A stretch of DNA of 64,000 nucleotides, from NCBI GenBank assembly GCA_964016885.1, contig OZ024740.1, forward strand, positions 354,578,001 to 354,642,000, given 5' to 3'. The DNA is from Eledone cirrhosa. Taxonomy: Eukaryota. Below the pieces are notes generated by a model. It had not been told where the DNA came from and made no database searches. It was given only the letters and a program-made list of their open reading frames with translations. Shown here piece after piece: positions 38,010 through 49,972 of the stretch. The position numbers and the translations under genes were made by a program. The number at the start of each line of letters is the position of its first letter. The first letter of the stretch is position 1.

Positions 38010-39372
38010 TATCATCATCATCATCATCATCATCAACGTTTAACGTCCGTGTTCCACGCTTGCATGGGTTTGTACGGGGGTAGTCCCACTTGAGGCAAGA
38101 GTGATTGTCTTGCTCGCATAGGACTGTCTGGCAGGTTTTCTACAGTTGGATGCCCTTCCTAACACCAACCACATTTACAGTGTGGGTCTGGGAGGTTTTT
38201 ACCGTGTTGCCTACACGGCCACATTACAGCGTGGACTGTGTGTTTTTTTGTCGTGACACCTACACGATCTCATTTGTTTCGGCCTGGATGGCGCGGCACC
38301 AACATAACTTTACATAGAACGGGGTGGTGTGGATGGGGTGGGGGTGGTGGCGGGACGGGGTGTATTTTGTTAGAGATGCCTACTGGCAAGGCGGGTCTTC
38401 TCTGTTACTGAGTACCGCCAAAGATCTCGGTCCAGTGACATTGTCTTGGAGAGGTGTAAGTGTGTGAGGTCGGAGTTTATCAGCTCATCCCATGTTTTTC
38501 TAGGTCTGCCTATTCCGTGGCTACCGTCTATCTTTATTGCCCTGCACTTTGTTATACAGCTATCGACTTTCATGCGCATCACGTGTCCATACCAACGCAG
38601 CCTTCTCTCGAGTAAACAACATCTGATCCCTCTTATCTCTAATTTTTTCCTTAGTTCGTTTATGCTTTGCCGTTCACGTATATTACTGTTACACATCCAG
38701 CGGAGCATGCAAGCTTCGTTCCTCTCTAGTCTGCGTATATCCTCTGCACACAATGCCCAGGTCTCACTACCATGTAACATTGCTGTTCGTATGCAGGCAT
38801 CGTACAACCTGCCTTTCATTTTTAGGGAGAACCCTTTAGCAGCTAATAGTGGTATAAGCTCTCTGAACTTTTTCCAACCAGTTCTGACTCTAGCTACAGT
38901 ACTTTCAGAGCACCCTCCCCCACTGCTGATTTTATCGCCCAGGTAACGGAAGCTGTCCACTATTTCTATAGAACCCTCTGCGCAATTGAAAGAGCTAGTA
39001 TTTTGTGGGCACTTGCTGCTACTTATTGCACCAGAACACCGGCCACATGTAAAATCTATGTTCTTAGTTAGCTTACCTGTGATCCCACTACATCTTTTAT
39101 GCACCATACTTTGCATTTAGGACATAAAATGGAGTTTCTACCTACGCCTTTCCTACACACCGAGCACGACCATTTCCCAGAAGGGACCGCCGCCTTGTTT
39201 TCTTTCCTACAAACTAGAACTTTGGTCTTAGCCAGGTTAATTTTAAGTCCTTTTGACTCTAGGCCGTGCTTCCATGTTTGGAATTTCTTCTCTAGCTCGG
39301 CCATTGATTCCGCTATGAGTGTCAGGTCGTCTGCGTATAGGAGTTCCCATGGGCAGCCTGTCTTGAACTCCT
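38010..39372 (-). mobile_element. 5'-truncated RTE LINE nearly identical to 28123-29480
   Basis: Same 3'UTR and protein; single frameshift near 39104. Confidence 0.96.
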
Positions 39373-39699
39373 ATATATAAATAGGTTAATAGAAAAATAA
39401 GGCACATACGCTGATATTCTATGAATCATTTATTGAATACTTGAAAGTTGTATATGTGTTTCAATGCTTTACATAATCAGCCTTTAAAATCTACATTTTG
39501 ACAGTGTCGGTAGAGCGTCAGACACTATGCTTTGCAGCACAGAGTTATGGCCCTTTACGTTCTGAGTTCAAATCCCACCAAGGTTAACTTTGCCTTACAT
39601 CCTTAAATAAATAACTGGTTACTGCCTACAAAAAGCTGATACCTGTAATTTATTTCCCATACACACACACACATGCATACATACACACATACGTATATA

Positions 39700-39862
39700 T
39701 ATCATCATCATCATCATCATCATCGTTTAACGTCCATCTTCCACGCTAGCATGGGTTAGATGGGAGTTGTCCCAATTTGAGGCAAGGTTGGTCAGGTGAC
39801 CGTGTCTCGCTCATATAGGACTATCTGGCAGGTTTTCTACGGCTGGGTGCCCTTCCTAACAC
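39700..39862 (-). mobile_element. RTE 3' terminal fragment; similar tail or 3' fragments at about 42950-43150, 51660-51900 and 55480-55680
   Basis: (CAT)n-CGTTTAACGTCC..GCATGGG..CCCTTCCTAACACC. Confidence 0.8.
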
Positions 39863-40136
39863 CTATATATATATATATTATACATATATACATCATCATC
39901 ATCATTTAATGTCTTCATATATATATATACACATATATATATATGTGTGTTTGTGAATATGGATGTCTTTTATATATAGCCCAACAAAAGAACCAGTTAA
40001 ACATAAACTGAATGTTTGCTTATTCCATACAAGTATAGTATAGATTTTCATTTACAAGGAAATGGCTGATAGTGACTTCAAAGTCTTATCTATAGTCAGC
40101 CTTATCTGACAACAAATACATGCACACACACACACA

Positions 40137-41550
40137 TATTCCCTCTGAGGGATGGCCTTCCTCAATGTGCAGAAAAGGAGTAGCTAGAAATTCCATCCTA
40201 TGACCCAAATGCAAATTATGGGTGCAAAAGAGATGTAGTATGATCTCAAGCAGGCTAGCAAAGAACATAAGTTTTACATGTGGCTGATGCACAAGTGCAA
40301 TAAGTATCAAGAGCCCACAGGATACAAACTCCTTCAAATGCCCAGAAGGCTCTGTAGAAGAAGTAGATAGTTTCTGTTACCTGGGTGACCAAATTAGCAG
40401 TGGAAGAGGGTGTTCTGATAGCACAGTAGCCAGAGTGAGAACGAGTTGGAGAAAGTTTTTCCCTTAAAATGAAAGGCAAATTATATGATGCATGTATACA
40501 AACAGCAATATTGCATGATAGTGAAAACCTGGCACTGTGTGCAGAGGTCCTGCAAAGATTGGAAAAAAATGAAGCTTCCATGCTCCGATGGATGTGTAAT
40601 AGAATATACATGAACTATGATAAAAACTGGGCATAAGAGGGATCAGATGCAGTGTGCAGGAAAGGAGATTGTTTTGGTATGGACGTGTGATGCATATGAA
40701 GGATGACAGCTGTATAAAAAGGAGCAGAACACTCAAAGTTGATGGAAGTTATGGAGTAGGAAGACCTAGGAAGACTTGAGATGAGGTGATAAAAGATGAC
40801 CGTGCACAATTGCACCTCTCAAAGGTGATGACACATGACTGTGATCTCTGACTCTATGCAGTAATACAGAAGACACACCTTACCATACACAGAGACAAGA
40901 GGCATACATGTAGTATGCACCACCTTCCCTCCCATCTCCCCTCCCATTCACCTCCCCCATTGCAATCACCCCCTCCCTCATCCTAACACCCCACTCCTAG
41001 ACCTGTCTTCTTAATTCCCATGCATCTCACCCACCTAAATCCCCTATCGACACTATAAAGTGGTTATCTTGGTGCCACGACAATGAACACACAGTCCATA
41101 CTGTAAAGGGGTCATGTAGGTGACATGATAAAAAGTGCCCAGCCCACACTGTAAAGTGGTCGTATTGGTGACACAACAAAAATTGCTCAGCCCACAATGT
41201 AAAGTGTTTGTGTAGGTGTCACAATAAAAAGCACCAAGTACACGCTGTAAAGTGGTCGTGTAGGTGTCACGACAAAAAGTACCCAGTCCATACTGTAAAG
41301 TGGTCGTATAGGTGTCACAACAAAAAGTATCCAGTCCACACTGTAAAGTGGTCATATAGGTGTCACGACAAAAAGCACCCAGTACACACTGTAAATGTGG
41401 TTTGCATTAGGAAGGGCATCTATCCATAGAAACCAAGCCAAAATCAGTTCTGTGTGAGTAAAATATGGCTCTCCTACCTGGCTTGTCTCACAACAGAACA
41501 GCTCATCTAACCCATGCTACCATAGAAAATGGACATTAAACGATGATGAT
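40137..41550 (+). mobile_element. Decayed RTE LINE 3' half with an expanded 3'UTR repeat
   Basis: Degenerate PHD, CYLGD and GRPRKT* motifs; tail GATGATGAT. Confidence 0.9.
41050..41400. repeat. About 47-bp tandem repeat (about 7 units) in the RTE 3'UTR
   Basis: Unit approx. CACTGTAAAGTGGTCGTGTAGGTGTCACGACAAAAAGTACCCAGTCCA. Confidence 0.92.
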
Positions 41551-43157
41551 ATATAAAGCAAAGGTAAAATAGTATATAAATCAGTTTATATGCAAAGAAT
41601 TATATATGGGAATTCAAATAGTTTTAGACTGAGCTCAATGTGTTTATGTAGAATAAGAGATAGTTTGGTTGGAAGAATAAGAGATACTTTTAAGGAAAAT
41701 GGTATGAAGAGATAGATGTAAATACAGAGCATATATAAGCAAATAGAAAGATGGAATCGAAATTCTAAACTAATTTATTGCTTTACAGTTGTTTCAAGTG
41801 TGCTATACATCATTACACAATTAGTTAAAAATACAATTTTACAACTTGTGAAAGTAAAAAATAGAGAAAAAAATCATTTCTCAGTAAAATTTCCAGATAT
41901 AGTCCCATAATCGCCTCCAGTTTGCCATATAAGGATTGGCTTTAGTATATTTTGAAATATTTATTCTCGTTTTTTATTTGTTTCTTTTTTTGCCACTTCC
42001 AATGATGGTATGTTATAAATTTCTTTTTCTTTTCTTTTTATGTTTTTTTCTCTATTTTTTGCTTGCACAAGTTACTTGTAAATTTGTATTTCTAACTGTG
42101 TAAGACAGTTAGTTTTTAACACACCTAAAACAGTTGTAAAACAACAGCCTATATCTAATCTCAAAAATATTAATGTTAATGTCACAATAAAATGCATCTG
42201 GCCCACACTGTAAAGTGGTAATGCTGGTGCCATGATAAAAGCAACAAGTCCACTCTTTTAGGTGGTGGTAGTGGTGCCACAATTAAAATGCACCCACTAA
42301 ATGCAGTAAAAAAAATGATTGGAATGTATAAGCAAGATATAGTCATCTGACATGTCTGGTCTCAGATTGTGACAACCAAAGTATGGAAAATAGACATAAA
42401 ACAGTGATGGTGATGATGATGATGGCAACGACAATGATAATGATATACATGCACACATACACATACAAACACACAATACAATGCAAGCAAATAATTGCCT
42501 ATATCTAATCTAATTTGAATCCTTCAACTTAAAATGATAAAATAAGAATAATAGTTTTTAAAATATTCAAATTTTAGTACAATTATTACAGTCATTTGCA
42601 TTGGGACGATCACATTTAAAATTAGAAATTTTTCCAGTGCTTCTTAAGTCAACTGGATATAATAATATTTAAAATCTCCAAATTTCATGACAGGATGTGA
42701 TATTCAATAAAAACCGGTCCCTACACACTAAGATACAATAACCATTTTAGTTGAAATATATAAATGATAAGATCAAATTTAGTATTTGTATAATAGACAT
42801 TTAGATGTTATATATGTATTTATATTTTCAATCGTCAACCATTCCAAGATTAAACTACTTTAGTGTAAATTCTTCACATATTTCCCCCATTGTTAAAATT
42901 AGCTACAGTTAAAGATCACAAGTAAAAATACTTTCTTATTCATTAGCTTTCACATATTTGTGTCTTTGACTGTGATAGTAATGACATGTGATGAGTATGA
43001 AGGATGACAGTTGGATAAAGAAGTGTTATGTGATCCAAGTGGAATGAACCTGTGAAAAAGGAAGACGTGGGAAGAAGTGCTGAAAGTTGATCTCAATTTG
43101 TTGAACCTCTTGAGGAAGATGACAAAGGCCTGCAACAAGTTGTAAGAGGTCGTATTA

Positions 43158-43244
43158 GAAGAAGAAGAAGAAGAAGAAGAAGAAGAAGAAGAAGAAGAAG
43201 AAGAAGAAGAAGAAGAAGAAGAAGAAGAAGAAGAAGAAGAAGAA
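43158..43244. repeat. (GAA)n microsatellite
   Basis: Direct reading. Confidence 0.99.
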
Positions 43245-43260
43245 TGTATTTACACATTAG

Positions 43261-43495
43261 TGTGGTTAAACCAATAACAGATAAGGCTGTGTGGTTAAAA
43301 CATCTGATTTATGACTGAAGTTTTGGGTTCATCCCACATTATATTACCTTGGACGTCTTCTAATATAACCTGAGGTTGACCTTATCAGGGACATTTGGCT
43401 TAAAACGTTTGAAAATCATGAAACTTGTGAAACCAATAAAGTCATAAGTTATTGCAAATAAACCTTCTTAAAGACTCCAACTGCATTTTCAACTT

Positions 43496-43547
<52 letters not shown>

Positions 43548-44095
43548 GGAGGCACATGGCTTAGTGGTTAGAGCATTGGCCTTGCAATCAAAAGGTTGTG
43601 AGTTCAATTCTCAGACCAGTTGATGTGTTGTTTCCTTGAGCAAGACACTTTATTTCACATTGTTCCAGTTTACTCAGCTATAGAAATGAGATGATAGGGA
43701 CTGGGGTCCATATCATTCCACTGCAAAGTGGTTGTGGAGGTGCCACAGCAAAAAAGCACCCAGCACCCACTGTAAATGAGGTTGGTGTTAGGAAGGGCAT
43801 CCAGCTGTAGAAATCAAGCCAGAATCAGTTCCCGTCCCACCCTTGCAAGCAGGGAAAAAGCGGACGTAAAATGAAATGAAATGATGATGACACACACACA
43901 ATGCAGTTGGAGTCTTTAAGAAGGTTTATTTACAATAACTTATAACTTTATTGGTTTCACAAGTTTCATGATTTTCAAACGTTTTAAGCCAAATTTCCCT
44001 GATAAGGTCAACCTCAGGTTATATTAGAAGACATTTTTCCAAGGTAACATACTGTTTTAACCACACAACCTTACCCGTTATTGGTTTAACCATAC
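43261..44095. repeat. Inverted duplication (about 43261-43487 / 43900-44095) enclosing (CT)n and a SINE
   Basis: ..AAACCTTCTTAAAGACTCCAACTGCATT versus AATGCAGTTGGAGTCTTTAAGAAGGTTT.. and continuing complementarity. Confidence 0.9.
43547..43890 (+). mobile_element. tRNA-derived SINE (family C, CORE-like centre) with RTE-derived 3' tail
   Basis: TGGCTTAGTGG A box, GAGTTCAATTC B box, CCTTGAGCAAGACACTT, then RTE 3'UTR motif GTTGGTGTTAGGAAGGGCATCCAGCTG. Confidence 0.85.
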
Positions 44096-44400
44096 AACCT
44101 TACTGGCTATTTTTTTAACAACACCATCATACCTGCTATTGGTTTAATTACACAACCATACATATTATTATTTTAACCATACAGTCATACCTGTTATTGC
44201 TTTAACCTTCTGGATGTTACAGGCACACTATGTCACCAATAAAGTAATCTCCCCTTAATACATAATGCAGTGTCAAGGGAAGCAATTCATACAAAATTCA
44301 TACCTCTTATTGCTAAAGGTTAAACCACACAGCCATACCTGTTACTGTTTTAACCACACAACCATACCTGTTATTGTTTTAAATCACAGTCATACCTGCA
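44050..44400. repeat. Degenerate ~29-bp tandem repeat
   Basis: TTTTAACCACACAGCCATACCTGTTATTG-like units. Confidence 0.75.
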
Positions 44401-45149
44401 GTCTTGTTTGCTATTCTATTATTTTTTTTACTATCAATTACAGATTCTATCAATATTCAAATTCCGATACTGCTCACAAAACTTCTGATTGCTCACCATT
44501 TTTTTGCAGATGTGCTCACTGCTCAAACAAGAACTGAAATTACCCAATGGTTGCCAAAACCACCCAATAAATGTAGAGTCTCCATGGTGTGGTTTCTTCT
44601 GTTAATATTTCACACTTAAATTGCTATTATTTTTGTAGCAGAATTGATAGAGCGTCGGACAACATGCTTAGCGGCATAGAGTCACCGCCCTTTATGTTCT
44701 GAGTTCAAATCTCACCAACATTAGCTTTGCCTTTCATCCTTACAGGGTCAATAAAATAAAGTACCAGTAATGCTCTGGGGTCGATTTAATCAACTTTCCC
44801 TTCTCCTTCAAATTGCTGGCCTTGTGCCTAAAGTAGAAAGAATTATTTTTTGCTTTTATTTTTTTTAAATACCTTCTTAGTTGTATAAAATTATAATACA
44901 ACATATAATTTTGCTCTGGAATTTTTGTAGTCTGTAAATTAATTTGAAAGAAGAAAAATTATATTAAAAGTATTTTGAAATGGAAATTGGTTGTCACACG
45001 CAATGTCCAAATTCGGGTAGCATAATCACTTCTTTAATGTAATGTATTTACAATAAGATCAACATAATCAGCAGTAGCAACAGAACCAACATCTAATAAC
45101 TCTTGTTGTTGTTTAGCCTCAGGTCAGCTCCTGGCTGAACAACATCAAG

Positions 45150-46090
45150 TAGTAGTGGTGGTGGTGGTGGTGGTGCCTGTGGTGGCAGTGGTGGTGGTGG
45201 TGGTGGTGGTGGTGCCTGTGGTGGCAGTGGTGGTGGTGGTGGTGGTGGTGGTGCCTGTGGTGGCAGTGGTGGTGGTGGTGGTGGTGGTGCCTGCGATGAC
45301 AGTGGTGGTGGTGGTGATGATAGTAGTACCTGTGGTGACAGTGGTGGTGGTGGGGGTAGGGTGGTGATGGGGGTGGGGGTGCATGTGGTGACAGGGGGGG
45401 GGCTGTGGTGACAGGGGGGGTGACAGTGGTGGTGGTGGTGGTGGTGCCTGTGGTGGTGGTGGTGGTGCCTGTGGTGACAGTGGTGGTAGTGCCTGTGGTG
45501 GTGGTGGTGGTGCCTGTGGTGGCAGTGGTGGTGGTGGTGGTGGTGGTGCCTGTGGTGGCAGTGGTGGTGGTGGTGGTGGTGGTGGTGCCTGTGGTGGCAG
45601 TGGTGGTGGTGGTGGTGCCTGTGGTGGCAGTGGTGGTGGTGGTGGTGGTGGTGGTGGTGGTGGTGCCTGTGGTGGCAGTGGTGGTGGTGGTGGTGGTGGT
45701 GCCTGTGGTGGCGGTGGTGGTGGTGGTGGTGGTGGTGGTGCCTGTGGTGGCAGTGGTGGTGGTGGTGGTGGTGGTGCCTGTGGTGGCAGTGGTGGTGGTG
45801 GTGGTGGTGGTGGTGCCTGTGGTGGCAGTGGTGGTGGTGGTGGTGGTGGTGGTGCCTGTGGTGGCAGTGGTGGTGGTGGTGGTGGTGCCTGTGGTGACAG
45901 TGGTGGTGGTGGTGGTGGTGGTGGTGCCTGTGGTGGCAGTGGTGGTGGTGGTGGTGGTGGTGCCTGTGGTGGCAGTGGTGGTGGTGGTGGTGGTGGTGGT
46001 GCCTGTGGTGGCAGTGGTGGTGGTGGTGGTGGTGGTGGTGCCTGTGGTGGCAGTGGTGGTGGTGGTGGTGGTGCCTGTGGTGGCAGTAGT
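45150..46090. repeat. Compound minisatellite (GTG)n-CCTGTGGTGGCA
   Basis: Direct reading. Confidence 0.97.
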
Positions 46091-46295
46091 GGTTTTACTT
46101 CTAGAAGTAGCACAACCTGACCAAACCATTAAAAATAGATTTTATTTTTAAACAGAAATTTAAAAATTCTACAAATACAACATAATGACCCAAACTAATG
46201 AGTGAAGTCAAATTCTTCTTTGCTTTTATTATATTTTTTATTAAACACTCCATCAACATTTCTAAAAATTAATCATAAATAACAGAGATTAAACA

Positions 46296-46534
46296 CCACC
46301 ATCATCATCATCATCACCCTCATCATCATTGTCACCATCATCTTAATCATTTTAGTTGCCATCATCAACATCAGCAACAGCATCATTTCCCCTCTCTCTC
46401 CTCTTCATCATCATTTTTACTTCCTCTTCCTCCCCTACATCATCATCATTATCATTATCACCACCACCACTACCACCACCACTAACATCATCATCATCAT
46501 CATCATTCTTACCACTGCCACCGCCATCATTATC

Positions 46535-46565
<31 letters not shown>

Positions 46566-47190
46566 CCACCACCACCATCACTATAATCATCATCCTTCAT
46601 CATCATCATCATCATCACCACCATCATCATCACCACCACCGCCACTATCACCACCACCACCACCACCACCACCACCACCACCACCACCACCACCATCACC
46701 ACAACCATCATCACCACCACCACCCGCATCACCACCACCACCACCACCACCATCATCATCATCACCACCATCACCACCACCACCACCACCACTATCACCA
46801 CCACCACCACCACCATCACCACAACCATCATCACCACCACCACCACCACCACCCGCATCACCACCACCACCATCACTATCACCATCACTACCACCATCAT
46901 CATCATCACCCCACTACCACCATCTCCACCACTGCCATCATCATTGTTGTTGCCATGGCAGGCATTATCGTCATCAGCCTTAATATCATTATTGTGTATG
47001 ATTTTTTTTCATTTATTTTTATTTTCCTTTTTGTTTTCATGCAGATATAAGCAATTTTGTTGGAAAGCAGATATTAAAATGCATCATCATCATCATCATC
47101 ATCATCATCATAATCATCATCATCATCCACATCATCATCATCCATATTATCATCATAGTACACATCATCATCATCATTATCATCATTTAA
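46296..47190. repeat. (CAC/CAT)n low-complexity tracts
   Basis: Direct reading (46296-46942 and 47082-47190). Confidence 0.95.
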
Positions 47191-47365
47191 TCACTATTAT
47201 TATTGCATCTTAACTCATTCACTAGCATATTCCCAATAAAAAAAAAACACTGCTTATAATTTTCAAACAATTTCAAAGCTAATCGGCCATTTGGAAAGAT
47301 TTAGTAAAATAACTAATTTTGTCATTATTAAGATTGTATTTGGAATGTAATTTAAATCTTCTTCT

Positions 47366-47810
47366 TCACCTATTTATTCCTGAGGAAGTTGTAGGAGCAG
47401 AGTCCTCCCTCCAGTGGGTCCTATCAGAAGAAAATGTCTCCAACTGATCCGGCTGGATTCCCAAGCAAGACCAGCCAAACTTGTGGATATTATTCAACCA
47501 GCTTGTTCGGAGTCTGCCTCTGGGTCTCCTACCAGTTGGTTTTGTCTGTAAAATCTGTCCAGTGATTCTTTCCTGAGATATTCTAACCACATTTCCATAG
47601 TATCAGAGCTGTGATCTCCCAATTCAGAGAAGTAGTGGTTCTACCTGGAGTAACTCCTTGATCTCCAAGCTATGCACTCTATCGAGTAATGTTACTCCAA
47701 AAACCCCTTGAAGGAATCCCATTTCAGCCGCTTGTATTTACGATCGTATTCTTCGCTCATTACCCAAGATTCATGACCATAGGTAAGAGTTGGCATGAAC
47801 ACCTAACTGA
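47366..47810 (-). mobile_element. Decayed RTE-clade 3' fragment
   Basis: LTYGHESWV..QAAEMGFL..KPTGRRPRGRLRTSW. Confidence 0.8.
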
Positions 47811-48622
47811 AACATTCACACATAAAATTATGATGAAAGGCTTTTAGATAAATATAAATAATTTAAAACACAGGTTTTTGTATTGTAGAATCAAGAGCTG
47901 TTACAGGTGGTTTAGTATCAAAAGTGTTAAGGATAGAACCTTCAGCTGCTCTCCTAACCTTTTTAGTATTTGGGGCTGAAAATTCTCTAAGTGAATATGT
48001 AACAACCATGAGCAAGACCTGGTCAATATGTAACAACCATGAGCAAGACCTGGTCACCTGACCTGGCATTGCTCACAACAGTATAACTTGTCTAACCCAT
48101 GCCAGCATGGAAACATGAAGGTTAAATAATGATGATGCCGATGATGAATATTGAAAAAGTAAGAGAATAAGTAGTGGAAAGTGATACAGACGCATACACA
48201 CACACACACAGACACCATCACATACATACACACACACATGCACACACAAAAACAAGCATACACACAAACACACAGATGCACAGACACAGGCACATAAACA
48301 CACACACACATATATCAATGCACACACATGCTGAAAGGGAAAACAAGCGATAGTAAGCAACCGTAGTATCTTAGCCTGCTCTCACATCGTTACTGATTGA
48401 TAATAGTGTCTGTTATCTCTTATTTAGAAAACTTATATAATAACCATAGGCATGGCTCTGTGGTTAAGTAGTCTGTTTTATAACCATGTGGTTTCAGGTT
48501 CATACCCACTGCATGCTACCTGGGCAAATATATTTTACTTTGGCAATCGGTTTAGCAATCTTTTGTGAATAGAATTTGCTAGGCAGAAACCATGTAGAAT
48601 CTGGTCTTATTTACACACACAG

Positions 48623-48658
<36 letters not shown>

Positions 48659-48969
48659 GCAGTAATACAGAAGACCCGCCTTCCCATGAGCACAGACTGA
48701 AGCTGAAGCATATATATGATATGCTGTTCCAGCCTGAAAATAAACATAACAAAATATGTGACAAAGCTGCACCTTTGAATTACAGATATAATCTAGTCAA
48801 CTAGCTACTCAATAATTTCTATCTACTCATTTCACTGATAAGGTTTATGTTGACTGAAGTTGCCACATGGTGGAACAGAAACTAGAACCTTATGATTATA
48901 TAGCCAAGCTTGCCTCCACTATGCAGTATTGTAGTCTACTATATCACCAATTTAATTCTTACTGTAAAC

Positions 48970-49287
48970 CAGGGGTTCTCAAAGAGGGCGCTACCACTCT
49001 AGTGGAGGGGCTTGAGAAAGTCCAGGGGGCGCTGGGGGAGCTGTAGTGATGATATAATAGTATATTAAATATCAAATGGTACATATATATAAATATGGTA
49101 AAATAAAAAATATATAATATTTATACATAGTATATATTATATTATTTATTATATATAAATTGACGACTTTATTTATTGTATATTATTTACAATTTGCATA
49201 TAGGTAGGTCTCTCTGGAAATAGGGTCTGAGGTGCTGAGGGTATTACATGACCATGGGGGGGGGGGTAAAAAGTTTGAGAACTTCTG
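48970..49287. mobile_element. hAT-type MITE
   Basis: TIR CAGGGGTTCTCAAA / TTTGAGAACTTCTG; 8-bp TSD CTGTAAAC / TTGTAAAC. Confidence 0.85.
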
Positions 49288-49760
49288 TTGTAAACAATAA
49301 TAATAATTGCAGAGTGAGGGATTGGCAGAATTGGGAGAGTGTTGGTTCAAATGCTATTGCAGTATTTGTTCTGGTTCTTTACATTCTGAATTCAAATCCT
49401 GCTGAAGTAAACTTTGCCTTTCATCTTTCTGGGGGTCTATAAAAAAAAAGTACCAATCAAGTACTGGTGTTAATTTAATCAACTTTGCCCTTCCTCCAAA
49501 ATTTGTGCCTAAATTAAAAATCAATAAATTGTTATTATAGTACAAAATCTTAATTTGTACCAGAGGAGATTGTAGTTAAATGAGTTGATCTATTTTATCT
49601 ACTTCTGTCATGTTTTTGCCATTCCACTCTTCTGCAGTAAACAACAATTAATTCATGAATTTTATATTTATTTTATTTGATGTTTTGTGAAATCAGTCAA
49701 AATATCATTAACAAAATTAAAAAATTAACTGGTCATCAATGATCCCATTTCCAAATTTAA

Positions 49761-49972
49761 CCCTTTAGCATTTAGATTATTTTATATTTACTATTGTATT
49801 TTTGCAGTAAAGGCTTTATCTCACATAATTATCTCACATAATATCGAATCTATGAGATTTTGATATTATTTATTTTGAAAAGAATACCATGACATCGGTA
49901 TGAGGGGCTGCTTACAGCCGGTTTGAACTGAAAAAGGTGAGAGAATTCTAGCCAGATACAGCTGGTTTAATT
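49761..49972. mobile_element. TTAA-type MITE, right end damaged
   Basis: TTAA|CCCTTTAGCATTTA; body matches 33341-33548. Confidence 0.8.

Noticed and set aside
39440-39490. Hammerhead-like CTGATTA..GAAA on the minus strand (also a GAAATGATCATA half near 11130)
   Set aside because: Core and stems too degenerate to distinguish from chance
41050-41400. CRISPR-like regular repeat
   Set aside because: No unique spacers, no cas genes, eukaryotic context; units are LINE 3'UTR repeats
43400-43450. Hammerhead in the 43-kb inverted arms
   Set aside because: GAAAC..GTC is present but stems I and II do not pair
45119-46151. Thr-, Pro- or Val-rich ORFs as mucin, extensin or formin genes
   Set aside because: Several frames are open simply because GTG/CAC repeats lack stops; no unique domain or splice support
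47863-47986. Possible terminal host exon on the minus strand (EFSAPNTKKVRR..KPVF*)
   Set aside because: Weak acceptor adjoining repeat sequence; no recognisable homology
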